DNA of 60,996 nt, counting the filler, from Dugesia japonica (taxonomy: Eukaryota), in assembly GCA_001938525.1 (NCBI GenBank). It is 6 parts of 6 records of this genome, joined end to end, with 100 filler letters (N's around TTAATTAATTAA, not from the genome) between each part and the next. Parts side by side here need not be neighbours in the genome. Positions count along the whole stretch, not along the records: positions 29,457 to 39,466 come from MQRL01591897.1; positions 39,567 to 51,463 come from MQRL01608386.1; 4 more parts are not named here. One strand, given 5' to 3'. Numbering within the stretch: position 1 is the first letter of the stretch; the number at the start of each line of letters is the position of its first letter. A program made the translations under genes and the position numbers. Shown piece by piece: positions 35,913 through 49,679 of the stretch. The notes under the pieces were generated by a model. It worked only from the letters and a program-made list of their open reading frames with translations, was not told the origin of the DNA and did not search any database.

Positions 35913-38520
35913 ATGTCTAGCAACCAGTTAATTTGTCCAAATAATCTTTGTAAAAAGGTTTTTAAAAATAAATCAGGACTAGCAGGTCATGTTAGATCTC
36001 AATGTTGTGTTTTAAATAGAACACGATTTACTTGTTCAAAATGTTTAAACACGTTTCGATCTATGAGTGGTTTGTAGGAACATTTGCATTCCACAATTTG
36101 TGGTAATCCAGAGAACGTTCCGTGGTATTGTGAAATTTGTAATAAAAGATTTAGAAGACAGAATCATGCTAAAACACACAAAGAAATGGTTAATGAAAAA
36201 TTATTTGTAGGATTACCTAGAGAAGAAGTAATTGATTATGATCCAGAAATTTGAGACAACTTCAGAATTTATAAAAACTATTAAATTGAATATTTTAAAG
36301 AAAGTAAAGTTGAATTGACTAGAAATGTTGAACAATTAGAAAGACCTATAAAAATGATTAATGAATTTCAAACTGAAATCCTTGAAATTATTACCAAGTA
36401 TTTTAATTATGGGAAAAAGATTATTGTCCGAATGAGTGTTAATTGTAATTATATTAAAGATGTAAATGGAGAAAACATTGAAAAAATTTTTAATTCGTAT
36501 TCAAATAATAAACAATTTCCTATTTTAAGTTAAATTAATGAAGGAGTTAATGATATTTTAAATCAACTTTAAAGATTTATGGAAGATGAAGATCGAAATG
36601 AATCTGGTTGGAATTTAAATTATATTGTAGATTATAAAATTGAACTTTCAAAATATCCATCTTTAGCTGGTGGTAAATCATTTTATCATAAATTACCATT
36701 TTAAAAACCAAGTGTAATTAATATTCGAAATAAAGATGAAGAATGTTTTTTATATTCAATTTTAGCACATAAACTTGTATTTGGTGATTCAACTAGAGTT
36801 GAAAAATATATTCCTTATTTTGATGAATTAAAAACCAATGGAATTAAACTTCCTGTGAATATTGATGATGTTAAAAAATTTGAAAAATTAAATGATTGGA
36901 AAATAAATGTATTTACTATAAATGCTTCTAAAATAATAGAACCTTTATATATTTCACATTATGATACTAAACCAAAATCAAGTGAAAATAAATGTAATTT
37001 ATTAGTTTATAAAAAAATTTATTTTATGTAGAGATGTACAAGTATTTTTCACAACAAAACGAAATAAAAATCATTTATGTATCAGATATATGAATAGTTA
37101 TTATAGTAAAGAATTATTAATTAATCACCAGAATGTATCAATCATGAAATTAATAATATAATATTTCCGAAACATTATAGTTATTATTATCAAAATTATT
37201 ATTACAAAAATAAATTACCTTTTGTGATTTGTGGTGACTTTAAAAGTTGGACTAATATTAACACAAAGAAACAAAAACCTTTATCACTTGGAATTTATGT
37301 AGTAAGTAAATATCAACATTTAATTCAAAATGAATATTAAGAATTTCACGGAGAAAGTATCCATGAACAGTTCTTTGAATTTTTAAATGAAATAAATAAT
37401 AAATTAAAAGATATAAAAGAAAATAAATTAATTGAACATTATATTGGAAAAAACCATCCAGAATTTAGGGATCAAAACTGTAGATATTGTGATAAAGAGC
37501 TTACAGAAAAACCAGTTATTGATCACGATCACTTTAACGGGGAATTTAGAGAATATTCTCATTCTAAATGCAATTTACAAGATAAATCAAAAAAAATTTT
37601 ATTTATTCCATTTTATTTTCACAATGCATCTGGATATGATAATCATTTATTTTTCAAAGAATTAATTAGTAATTATCCAAGTAAAGTTAAAAAGATAATT
37701 CCACATACAGATGAAGTTTATATTTCATTTCAATATGAAAGCCCCAGAAGGGTCCCCATCAGATCTTTAGATTTAGCAAGAATGTGTATATTTACATCAA
37801 TCGAGAAAATGGGTGAAATGTTAAATCAATCTGGACTATATAATCATTTAATATCATTCAATCTTGCTCCAAAGAAAATATCATTTCCATATGAATATGT
37901 AAAAGGAAATAATATTAATCAAGTAGTTGAATTATTAAAAAGTAGTAACACTCCATCAAAAGAAGAATTTTTCAATACATTAAAACAAAAGAAAACAACT
38001 GATCAAGAGTATAATGAATTTCAACGTTTCAATAATTTATTTGACTATATTATGTTTTATATGAAATTAGATGTAATTATATTAGCAGATTTCTTTGAGA
38101 ATTTTAGAGTAACATGTTTAAATAATTATCAAATAGACCCAAGTTATTGTTATTCAGCCCCAGGTCTAACTTGGAATTCTGGAATGAAATTTACTAAAAC
38201 AAAATTAAACTATGCTCAAAAGGAAACTTATGACAGATTTATTAAAATAGAAAGAGGGGTTAGAGGTGGATATTCAAGAGTATGTGGAGAAAGACAGGTC
38301 TTTGGAAATAGTAAAAGAAATAATAAAAAAACAAATGATGCTCAATTGGATGATTTATTAAATATATTTAGAAATCCTGAACAATATCTTCCAGATGATT
38401 ATTTTGAAGAAACATTTTTAAAATATTTAGATGAAAATTCATTATATGCATCTTGTATGACTAAACCCTTACCAATAGGTAAAATCTATGAATGTAAGGA
38501 TTTAGAATATATTAAATCTA
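35913..38520 (+). pseudogene. pPolB: Polinton/Maverick-type protein-primed DNA polymerase B, decayed and 3'-truncated
   Basis: Three C2H2-like fingers; ESGW...PSLAGG...VINIRNKDEECFLYSILA; EndoVII-like CRYC...DHDHFNGEFR..HSKCNL; FHNASGYD; FPYEY; YMKLDVIILADFFENFR...DP..CYSAPGLTW; IERGVRGG; YLDENSLY...PLPIG. Confidence 0.9.
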
Positions 38521-38903
38521 TTTGTTTTACAACCATTTCACCTTCTTCAGAAAATGAAAAATTAAATTTAATTTTTTCGTTTTCCATTCTCTCAAAACTA
38601 ACTTCAAGTTTTTTATTAATTAAAACTTCAAGATCACTTTCATAATCTGAATCAAAATTAGTTTCTTAAATTTTAATTTCAGAATCAGAAACTTCTAAGT
38701 ATTCTTTTCCCATTTCATCAAGTTTAGTTTCTAATTCTTCAAGTTCAGTTTCAACTTGTTTTGTTTTAATATTTGTAACAATATCATTAGTAACAACTTG
38801 TTTGAAGAATTTTAATTGACTCTGTTTTAATTAATGAAAAATGAATTTCAACAAATGAAAATTGCTTTTTGAGTTTTTAAAGTTTTTCAATTCTAATAGA
38901 CAT
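38520..38903 (-). pseudogene. Decayed acidic/coiled-coil ORF converging on pPolB, probably from the same element
   Basis: The start context ATACTTAAAATGTCTA is identical to that of pPolB. E/K-rich translation with stops. Confidence 0.4.
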
Positions 38904-39143
38904 TTTAAGTATTTAGCAATTGATTAGATAAGCTTTTGTAAAGATGAAGAGATGAAAGATGAAGTAAAGAGATAAAAAAAAGAGGTTGAGGTAAAAGAGT
39001 CAATTAAAGAGTCAAAAGAGGAGAAGAGATGAGAGCTAAAAGAGAGAGTTAGAGGTAAAGAGGTTTTAAGAGGAAACGAGTTTAATGTTTTAACAAAAAT
39101 TAAATAATTTAGTATAAAATTTTTCTGATTGCTTTTATGTTTT

Positions 39144-39466
39144 TGTTGGGGTGAAACACCGGATTAAGGCAAATAAAATGGCGTAAGTAAACACAAAATT
39201 CGAAAATCTACATAAGAAAAGAAANNNNNNNNNNNNNNNNNNNNNNNNNNNNNNNNNNNNNNNNNNNNNNNNNNNNNNNNNNNNNNNNNNNNNNNNNNNN
39301 NNNNNNNNNNNNNGAAGGACGAAAGAACCAGAACTACAGCAGTAGATAACGAGGAAATAAAAAAGCCAACAAAGTAAAGAAGTGGTAATCGAAACAACGA
39401 AAATAATAAACGATGGACAAGGAACTGATTCATTAGTTGAAAAGAAGGAAATAATGAAAACGAAAA
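39144..39466 (+). mobile_element. LTR start, family of 32627-34086 in the opposite orientation
   Basis: TGTTGGGGTGAAACACCGGA matches the reverse complement of the 34086 end (TGTTGGTGTGAAACACCTGG). Confidence 0.7.
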
Positions 39467-39566
39467 NNNNNNNNNNNNNNNNNNNNNNNNNNNNNNNNNN
39501 NNNNNNNNNNTTAATTAATTAANNNNNNNNNNNNNNNNNNNNNNNNNNNNNNNNNNNNNNNNNNNN

Positions 39567-39730
39567 AATAAAACCTAAATTTTGATCAAAGCTTTTATAT
39601 TAAATGAATATATAAGTATATATTTATATAAGTAAAAAAAAGTCGATTTCTAACGAAGGCAGAGTCGAAAATTAGAATTATTATCAAAAACAAAAAAAAA
39701 CTTTGATCGAAACTTTAATTTTAGTTTTTT
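39567..39730 (+). mobile_element. Tandem Penelope pseudo-LTR remnant with a hammerhead at 39645-39679 (one core mutation)
   Basis: GATTT-CTaACGA-AGGCAGAGTC-GAAA-AT-TA-GAATT. Motifs on both sides match the sequence that follows the ribozyme at 3490-3535. Confidence 0.65.
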
Positions 39731-40666
39731 CTGAAAAACGATCAGTACTTGGCAGTGCTATGAAAATGAATAAGTGTTCACATGAAGATTTGCTAGATTA
39801 AATATTTATTGCAAACTAGACCTCTGAAGACCAAATAATTCCTAACCTTAAAACTTAAACATCACATTTTTATACTTCATTGAAGCTTCATTCTGTAATG
39901 AAAAGTAGAATATTTGAAAAATAAATTATTAGAATTAATTGGTTTTTCTGAATAAGTTTTGCCACTAGTGTAAACTTATTGCAGCTAAAGTTACAATTAG
40001 TAAATTTATAACAACAACACAAATTTATAAATAACTGGTCCCCATTTGGGAACCAGAGCAGCTCATGGGTTAAATTATTTTGGAAATTTTAATTTTGTAA
40101 TTTTCTTTATGATACTTTACTCTTATTGTAAGAATTCATTGGTATAATTATTTCCAGTAACTATTAAATTTGAACTGAACGGATCAAATCTCTTATTTTA
40201 AATACGCTAAAAAACTTTGACTTCAAACATTTTGATGAAGATAAAAAATATTTCTCTTCAATTTAATCAACTGTAGATTTTTAATTTTTATTTCTTATTT
40301 TTCTTTTATTGAATAAAAGTCAATAAATAAATCGTTAAAATATTAAAATTCAACCAATCAGAACTTTTAATTTGATAAAAAAAATAGAACTTATGTTTAT
40401 ACATGTCAACGAAAGGAAAATATTATTTATAATGAACATATAAATAAATAAGTAAATAATATGTGATATTATAATAAATAATGAAACTCAATTTCGGTTT
40501 ATATTTGTTTGTCACCAAAAATGAAAATTGTATTTGAAAGGAAAACACCGGATTTTTTCTGTAATTAAAACAAATATGAAAATCATTTGTATGTCATTCT
40601 GTCAAAAGAATTTATCAATTAAATTATAAAATGCGACTCAATTAATGTTATGATTAAAATTCTNTA

Positions 40667-41752
40667 ATGAATGAAAACCTTTTCACAATAATAAATCAAT
40701 ATGAAAATCATAAAAATCTATTTAATCAGTATTCGTATTTAATTTCATGTGCAGTTAAAGAAACTAATTGGAGAAATTTATCATTAGAATATACAAATTT
40801 GTGTATATTTGATACAATCATATCTAATATGTCTGGCTATTTCAATCCTCTAATGAGTTTATTCGGGATGTTTATAAACGGTTTTGTTGTTTATAATTTC
40901 ACAAAATCTCCCAACATCACCAGACAGAAAATATATTTGTCTGCTTTAGCTATTTCCGATGTTTTAACAAACATTATTTGGACTTGGTTTCATTTATTTC
41001 CAGCGTTTGGTCTACCCGTTATCAGTAATGGTAAATATTATTTTATTCTCAACTCAATAAGTTCATTTTTCTGTAAATTCACCTATGTAACTATTTACTT
41101 TTGGGAAGAAATGTCTTATTTGATTTTATTATTCTGTTCAATAGATCGATGTTTAGCTATTTTAATGCCAATTCAATCTTTAGCATGGAATTCTAAAACT
41201 GCAATTTTAATCATTGGGTTTGTGATAGTTTGGAATATAATATCTTGTATTCCTCATTTGTTAATATTTGATTTGCAATACTTGCATTTTAAGAAGCGAA
41301 TGATTTGTTTCCCCAAAGGATCAGAAAATATGTTGAATATTTACCAATTTTATCACAATTTATTCAGTCCTTTTGGTCTGATTTATATAATAATCAATAT
41401 AATTGTAAATATTCTATTAGTAAAAACAATTAGGAATCATTCAAAATCACTGAGAACTTCTAGTGATTATCATTTAAACAAAAATAGTAAAATAAAAATA
41501 TCGGAAATAAAGTCCTGTGTTCAGATATTAACTTTATCAATCATTAATTTTACATTTGTTTTATCAATGAAAATGTGTTATTTTTCGACGAATTTTTTCG
41601 AATCAAATTTCATAGATAAAATTGGTTTAATAATCGAATTATCCTATGTAGCATCATTGAATATCAATATGTTGTCTTTTTTTATCAAGTTTATGAAATA
41701 TAAAATGAAATTGTTCGATATTACAATCAGCTCTAGATTTATAAANCACTGA
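40667..41752 (+). CDS. Single-exon rhodopsin-family (class A) orphan GPCR
   Basis: About seven hydrophobic segments; YLSALAISD (TM2), FCK, SIDRCLAILMP (DRY variant), SCIPHL and an ECL2 Cys. TM7 and the C-terminus are divergent. Confidence 0.88.
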   Translation: MNENLFTIINQYENHKNLFNQYSYLISCAVKETNWRNLSLEYTNLCIFDTIISNMSGYFNPLMSLFGMFINGFVVYNFTKSPNITRQKIYLSALAISDVLTNIIWTWFHLFPAFGLPVISNGKYYFILNSISSFFCKFTYVTIYFWEEMSYLILLFCSIDRCLAILMPIQSLAWNSKTAILIIGFVIVWNIISCIPHLLIFDLQYLHFKKRMICFPKGSENMLNIYQFYHNLFSPFGLIYIIINIIVNILLVKTIRNHSKSLRTSSDYHLNKNSKIKISEIKSCVQILTLSIINFTFVLSMKMCYFSTNFFESNFIDKIGLIIELSYVASLNINMLSFFIKFMKYKMKLFDITISSRFIXH

Positions 41753-42699
41753 ACTTTAATGTGATTAATTATCTAAAATTTTGTTATTTTTGAATTACAT
41801 GTATAAATAATAATTTTGTTTATATTTTTTCTGAATTATTTGTCAAAAAAATGAAAGATTAAACATAATAGATATTGATAATTAATTTTGTGAAAATGTT
41901 TCCAATGTAATTCGATTTCAAAGCTCTGAATGATCCACAGACATTTACTATAAAATGCATTTCCTACACTAACGACTTCAAAGAGCTAAATCAACTAAGC
42001 CTGCCACAATATGGAAATTCATTGAATTTTTAAAATAACGACGAAAGAGATAATGACGTTTTATTTGCTCAGATAATTGCACGACATACTAAAATAAGAT
42101 AGCCAATAAAGAAAATGTGTATTGTGAACAATAAGATAAATAGAAGTGATTGTTAGCCCATGTGCTGAATATAAAAGAAAAGATCAGATCTGTGAGTTTA
42201 TTTCAAGTATTGGAAGACTTGTAAAAAATAACTTCTTAAATATCGAAAAGAACAGCAATAAAATCAAAGAAAAAACAATAAACATTTCATTGAAATAAAA
42301 ATTTAGTAATTTAATTTTTCTGTTCTTTCTTGTGTTTTTATTAATTCATATTGGTATTTTTGTACAGAAATAGTATTTTATTGGAAACCATTTGTATAGG
42401 AAATTTATTTTATGGGAAATTTCTGGGTACCCTTTAAGTACATATTGATTTTTAATTAAAATTAAAAGTAATTTATTAATTTATCAACAATGTTTCGAGA
42501 AAATGAAATGAATTGTCAAAGCAAAATAATAATCAATCTACTGGCTACTTAAAACAAGAAAAATATATAAAAAAATATATTAACAGGTATGCAATATGAA
42601 AGATCAATTTAAGAAAATAGGTTATCAATAACAATATTTTTAAGTTGCATCATAATTCTATTCAAGGAAATAAGATGTTCTTTTCAATTTGAAGTATTT

Positions 42700-44750
42700 A
42701 AACAAACTAATTTTTTTTCAAAGCTTCAATTTCTTTTTATATTTCTTCTTTAAAAATTTTTAAAGTTTCTTGACATTTTTCTATAAAAGCTTTCCATTTT
42801 CTCTTTGTACGTCACACCCTATGTCGTGTATTTTCTCAATTATTCGATAGGAAGTTTTTTTAAAGCCTATTTTCGCTATTATTTATGGTCTCTAACTTCA
42901 CGAGTATTTATCTTCACACAAAATTGCCTATAGTGAATACTTCTGGAATATTTTCATTGGTTCTCTTTAACCTATCCGACATTTTGTCACTTTTCTGTGT
43001 TAATAATCCTCTCAAATACAATCTTACCCGAACTTTTACTGCTGTCTTTTGCTTTGGAGAGTTCGTCGTAAATTCCATTTATTGTGGAATGTCTGTACAA
43101 TCTGAAGTTCCTTTCTTTTAAAGTGTTTCATTAGTTAAATCCTGAATCAATCAAAATTGTCATTTGATTGTATTTATATAAGCTCAAGAACCATGGTTTA
43201 AAAATCTAACTTTCTAGGTAACTCTCTCATAACTTTGAAATCAAAGGCTTTCCCACAATTGTATCTTAATTCTATTGGAAAACTAAAACTAAGCATCGAT
43301 TTCTGAAAAAGCTACTTTTCTATTGGATCCTCGTTTTTTCCTAATCTACATATAGAAATAATAAATAGCTATCAACTCTTCCCATGTGATGCAATTTTCT
43401 TTTTCATGGAATGTCATTGCATATGATCATATGTGCGACAACCCCTTTTCTGTCTTCTTTTTTTCCTTTGATTGTTTCCAAATTGACGTCAGCATTTAGT
43501 ACAAACTCTTTGTTTAAATCAAGAAAACACAATATGTGAGTGGATATTATAACTGTTTCCAGACTTTCAAAGGTGTTGTTAACCTCATCTGTGAATTCTA
43601 ACGTATTTTGCCTTAATTTAATTTGCNNNNNNNNNNNNNNNNNNNNNNNNNNNNNNNNNNNNNNNNNNNNNNNNNNNNNNNNNNNNNNNNNNNNNNNNNN
43701 NNNNNNGTTTGGTGCAGTTTAATTTTCAAAACATTTTTATCATTTTTATTTTAGAAGATCCTATTTGGAGGTCTTCTCTGCGAATTATTTGATTTGAAGA
43801 AACTGGCACTTTTCTGTATTTATTTTTAATCCACCTTTCACGATTTCCATTAATACTTTTTACACGTAAATATCAGGAAAATTTATAGATATAGCATAGC
43901 TTCTTCATTCCAACTACTATTATAGCTATTATCTCATAGGATGTTCCCAGTGTTGTTCTGATACTCAGCAATATTTAATTAAAACAATAATTTTTGTAGT
44001 TTTCTTAAATTGATCAAACTGAAATATTTAACACCATTTAAAATATCTAGCATTTCATCTTTTATCTTTTTGTTGCTGTATATTCCTAAAACCTAGGCCT
44101 CTTTTTATGTACTTCTTTTACTTTTTTTAAGTACAAATGAGAGGAAAATATCGCGGAGAGCTGGATTTTCTGATGATAATTTTTTCAATTTTATTTTCTT
44201 AGTTTATTGGTTGTTAGTTACAGTCTTACATTGATTAGTGCATCATTGTGATTTTCCTGTACATTTGTAGATGTAAGTGCCCAGCGTTTCATGTGCCTGC
44301 TATACAAACAATTTTCGTATTGCCCATTATTTCCATCAATCTTTGATCGTTTTTTGACGGTCAATGATAAATGGTCTTCTATTTTGACTTGTTTCCAAAG
44401 TTTTGCTTCGATATTATAAATGTGGTTTTCTACTTGTTTATCGCTTTTTTTGTTTTATCTTTGTCAAAGTTGTTATCCGAAATTCATCTGTAAATATATT
44501 CCATTTATCATATCTGGTGTCCTTTTTGCCCTAAATGCTACTGCACTAGGATTTTATCATGTTGAGAACATTTAAAAAGAAATTAATGTCAAAATTTAGT
44601 TTTCTGTATCTTGTGTCTTTACAGCAAAATCATTCTTCAAGTGATAAAACTTATTCTCTAGGAGTAATCTTTCAATCAGCTTTGCGATGAGGTTTATTTT
44701 CTATACATTTAATCAAATATTGAGGGAAATTATTTAGTTGTCTTCGTCTT
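42700..44750 (-). mobile_element. Heavily deleted Gypsy element
   Basis: Patches of RNase H (YAMTFHEKENCITWEELIAIYYF) and integrase (CGKAFDFKVMREL). Boundaries are approximate. Confidence 0.65.
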
Positions 44751-44794
44751 TGGGCTTGGTTCCTGTATTCACGATAATGATTTTCATTAAACGC

Positions 44795-47700
44795 TGTGAG
44801 TATGTTTTAAACGAGTTGAAATTTCTGTGTGCCTGGTGATCGTTTTTCTTGAAATCTTTTTTGAAAAGTTTTAAATTGAAATGAAAAATTAAAAGACGAA
44901 TAAGTGATTGTTTTAAATTCTGAAATTGAATTTTAATAAATAAAGTGAAAAGATATTTTAAAAATCAGAATAAAAAATCAAATGTTTTATTAAAAAGTTT
45001 TAATAAATAAGTTGAAAATTTATTTTAAAATCTGATTTAAAAAATCAAATGACTTTAATAGGATTTTGAAAATATTTTAAGAAACGATAACCAATTTAAA
45101 ACAGAAATTTAATTTGTTTAAAAATACAATTAGCGTTGTCATGGTTTTTATTTTAATAAATGTATGGAGTTGAATTGTGATGTTAATGTTTCTATGAGTT
45201 TTCCAAACTCTTCTAACATGGTGGCAGTGGTAAACACCGATGCAATCACAGAAAGATTGTTGCCAAAAATATTTTGCAGAGGCGATGATCTAGAAAAGTT
45301 TATTAAACGGTGTGAAATAGACTTTGAGGCAAAGAACATCCTTGTTAAGAAAGATCAGGAATGTTTGGTAACATTTATGCTTTATGAAGATTTAATGAAA
45401 GCATATGTGAAGACATTGAAGAAAGCGAATGGATATCGAGAAAGATTGCGATTAGCTTTTGAGAGCAAGAGAGACATAATAAAAGATTTACAGAATCTTG
45501 TAAGCTATCAACGTGGCGATGNAGAAATTGAGTTGTTTCTTTAAAAAAGTGGAAGATTTGGTCGATAAATATTTAGTAAATGTAGAGTTGACGAAAGAAA
45601 ATCTCTTATCAAAAATGCTAATAATTTGTTCAAATAGTAAAAAAGCAGAAGAAGAGATTATTATGCGAAAATTGGAGAAAGTAAAAGATATAAAAGAAAC
45701 GTTATCATTAGTTGAAAAAATAGAAAGAAGAGAACCTATTAACGTAGTAAAGAGTTGCGCTGCTGTAACACACCGAGAACGTTTTGGAGAAAGGATACAA
45801 AATTTTGAGAGAGTTACAAAAAGAACAGAACCAGAGTGTTGGAGATGCCAGAGTTATGGGCATACAAAAAGAAAGTGTCCTAAAAATTCCGATGTGGAAT
45901 GTTGAACTTGTCACAAAAAAGGGCATTTAAGTAAAAATTTTCTAAACAAGAAACCACCAAAATGTTTTGGGTGTGGTAAGATTGGTCATATCAAAAGGAT
46001 GTGCACAGAAATTGTATGCGGTAGATGTAAAAGACCAGCTTACAGAACAGGAGAATGTTATTCGAACAATAGTAAACCTAGACTAGAAGACAGAAGATAA
46101 AATTCTAAAAGCGGACAACAAACAAAAGATTGGAGTCTGACGAAACCAATTCATGCCATTGGAGAAGAATTTGATGATAAGAATAAAGAGAGATTTTCTG
46201 AGAGCATAATAGAAAATGAAGATTCGAGAAGAGAATACCCAAAGGTCAGGGCTGCATCAGTAGATGAGTTGGTCGGGCCATTCATTAAATGAGTTAACGT
46301 TCGAATCTCCTAAAGAGGCCGAGAAATGGGATGAGACGAGTAAAGTGAGAGAAAAGGTTTACAGATTTCTAAAAAGAGAAAGTTTCAATGATGCGGAAGT
46401 TAACAAAGCAGAAGCGATAGAAATAATTGAAGAGAAACAGAATGTAGAAATTTCGTTTGTTAAAATGCAAGGGAGACCTAGCATTTCAGTGATGATCAAG
46501 TGTGAACATTTTGATTGTTTGTAAGATACTGGAGCAAGAATAAATGTGATAAGCATGAAAGGATTTAATAAACTCGGAGAATCAATGTTTGAGAAAAGCG
46601 AGGAACGATTGCATTGCGCGAATAACAGCTTATTGTAGACAATTGGAAAGATACGTGTGGAAGTTTTAGTTTCAGAGGTGTCCAATGAAGTAACATTTAT
46701 AATAGAAGAGAAATTAATACCAGATCTAATTGGTGGAGTGAAATTTCAAAATTCCTTTGGGAATCATTTTTAAAAAACGTGCAGGGTAGACATCAATGAT
46801 CATGAAGAAAAATTCTTTTGCAATATCGAAGCAAAATTTGTCAGTCAGATACAGACGGGTGAACAATTGAGACTTACAATGGAGATTCTAGAAATTAGCA
46901 AAGATCATAGACTGAATGTGATTATTCAGAATAAAAAGGATGTGTTTATGTCCGATAAATGGGACATTTGATGCACACACTTAAAATAGCATCGAATAAT
47001 CACTAAAGGAGGTCCAATCGACATCAAACCGTATCGCCAACCAATGAATCGAGAAATAAAGATTGAAGAGGCCATCAATAATCTATATTATAATCATCCG
47101 GAAGTGTAATTCGCAATGNAATGCGCCATTAATCTGTCTTTGGAAAAAGGAAAAAAAGATATACAATTATGTTTAGACTTTAAACAGTTCAATGCAATAA
47201 CGGAAAGACAAGCTTTTTCTATGCCAAATGCGGAAGAAATGCTAAATGCTCTAGACGTTACGCAGTATTTTAGCTCAATAGACTTGGGAAATGCATACTA
47301 TCAAGTGGAACTCAGTGAAGATTCTCAAGAAAAGACGGTTTTTTTGACCAAACAAGGGCAATTTTGTTTCAATAGAATGCCTTTTGGAATTACATCAGTA
47401 CCAAGTAAGTTCCAGGAAATGATGAATAAAGTAATCGGATAAATAAAAGAAGCGATGGTTTATCTCGATGATATTCTCATATTTACAGAAACCAAGGAGC
47501 AACACTATGAAATAATCAATAAAGTATGAACAGAAATTAAAAAGGCTGGTCTAAGAGTTAATCCGGAGAAATGTCAATTCATGCGGAAAGCGATCAAATT
47601 TTTGGGACACGTTATCAGTAAAGAAGGTGTCAAAACATATCCAACTAAAACAGAAGCAATTAAGAACTTTGGTAAACCAAAATAAGTTAAGAAGATGAGA

Positions 47701-49423
47701 AGCTTTTTGGGAATTTGCAATTACTATCGAAAGTTTATTAAAGATTATTCAAAGAAAGCTAGATTGCTGTGTAGAACAGCTGTGTAGTGGGCCAAGTAAC
47801 AAGAAAATTGAATGGGCGAATGAATTAAAATTTTTTCATGGAATAAAAGAANNNNNNNNNNNNNNNNNNNNNNNNNNTTTTCCAGATATAAATAGAGGAT
47901 TTATTTTGGACACAGATGCGAGTTTCAATACGATTGTTGCAGTACTATCTCAAAAGAACAACAATGGGCAAGAAAAAGTAATTGCATATGGGTCACACGC
48001 AATGACGAGTCATGAGAAAGGATAATGTAATCCACGGAAAGAATTGCTCGCATTTTACTACTTTTGTATTCATTTCAAACATTACTTATTTGGGATGAGA
48101 TTTATCCTCAGAACAGACCATAAAGCCATCACTTTTATGCTAAATACCAAGAAGCCGATTTTATCACAGTTTCAAACCTAAATTAATTATTTGAGCAGTT
48201 TAGATATAAAGTTCGAATATAGAAAAGGATCTTTTCATACAAATGCGGATATGTTGTCAAGGAATGAATCCCAAAATTGGAAAATTAAAAACAAGAGTGT
48301 TAAATACAGTAGATATTCAAGAAAAAAAAGAAATTTTCGTGAGAATGATGAAGGAACATGGATACATGATGATAAAGTAGAAGAAGTTATAATGAGGATA
48401 CATCATACTTTCTGTCATACTAGAGCAGAAAAAGTAGCAGCGTATATGAAACATAATTATACCGCGAAACATTTGTGGAGCAAAGTACACGAGGTTGTCC
48501 GAAGCTGTATAATATGTCAGAAAGCTAAAGTGTTGACAACAAAAACAAAAGAAGAAACAAAAAAGACGCAGCCAGACAAAATGTTTGAACTCTTATTTAT
48601 AGATGTGTGTGGACCACTGCCACAGACAAGTGATCGGAAAAAATATGTTCTCGGTATAATAGACCAATGCAGTAAGTATGTAGCCTTGATAGCAATGACA
48701 AGACAAGATGAAGATACCATACGGAAAGAAATATTGGAGAAGTGAATATTAAAATTCGGGTGTCCGAGAGAAATTCGAGTTGATTACGGCAGAGCATTTG
48801 ACTCTAAATCAATGAAAGATTTCGCAGATGAACATGGAATTACCCTCAGGTTTTTGAGTCCATATCATCATAACACAAATGAACAAATCAAGAGGCAGTT
48901 TAGAACTATCCGGGATATGATTAACGCCACGCTTAAAGAAAAGAAAACCTCAGATTGGGCGGATGTAGTGCCCGAGATCGAATTTAACTTAAATAATACA
49001 AAACAGAAAACTATCGGGAAAAAATCTGCTGAAATCGTATTCGGGAAGAGAATAAGCAGAGAAAAATGGTATAAAACCAATACTCAAAAAGTTCACAAAG
49101 AACAAGAGGAAGAAATATTAACAAAAATACAATTCGAGATCGGTGATGAGGTCTTAGTGAAAGCTGAAACAAGAANNNNNNNNNNNNNNNNNNNNNAAGG
49201 ACTCTAAAGGATCATTAGGAAGATTCGTGATAGACGTTACACCCTGGAAGATACAAACGTAAAAAGTCTTGGAAGAAATATAGAGAAGATCAAAAAAAAT
49301 TTTAAAAAGGGGAATATGAGTATGTTTTAAGCGAGTTGAAATTTTGTGTGCTTGGTGATCGTTTTTCTTGAAATCTTTTTTGAAAAAGATTTAAATTGAA
49401 ATGAAAAATTAAATGACGAATAA
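44795..49423 (+). mobile_element. Near full-length decayed Gypsy element
   Basis: LTR 5' portions at 44795-44903 and 49315-49423, the latter after the PPT AAAAAGGGGAA. Gag with four CCHC-like knuckles; protease DTGA; RT YLDD at 47461; RNase H DTDAS; integrase IDVCGP. Many stops. Confidence 0.95.
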
Positions 49424-49679
49424 NTAACAGACACTATTGACGGATTTCTTGTATTTTCATTCACAATTTACTATATAAGTATTTGAATTGTTAATCAAAA
49501 TTTTTCACTTACAAACTTAATGATTTGGTTATCAGTTGAAGTCTTTGATTGATTTTTAGTTGTTATCACTTTGATCAATTTATTCGAAAGGTTGGTTTGT
49601 TATGCTTCAATTTTTTTGTATATATAACTTATTTTAATCATTTAATATTTACTTTAAAATTATAATTTTACTATTGGTA

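Noticed and set aside
40035-40073. piggyBac-like end (...GGG|TTAA)
   Set aside because: A single short end with no partner or coding remnant.
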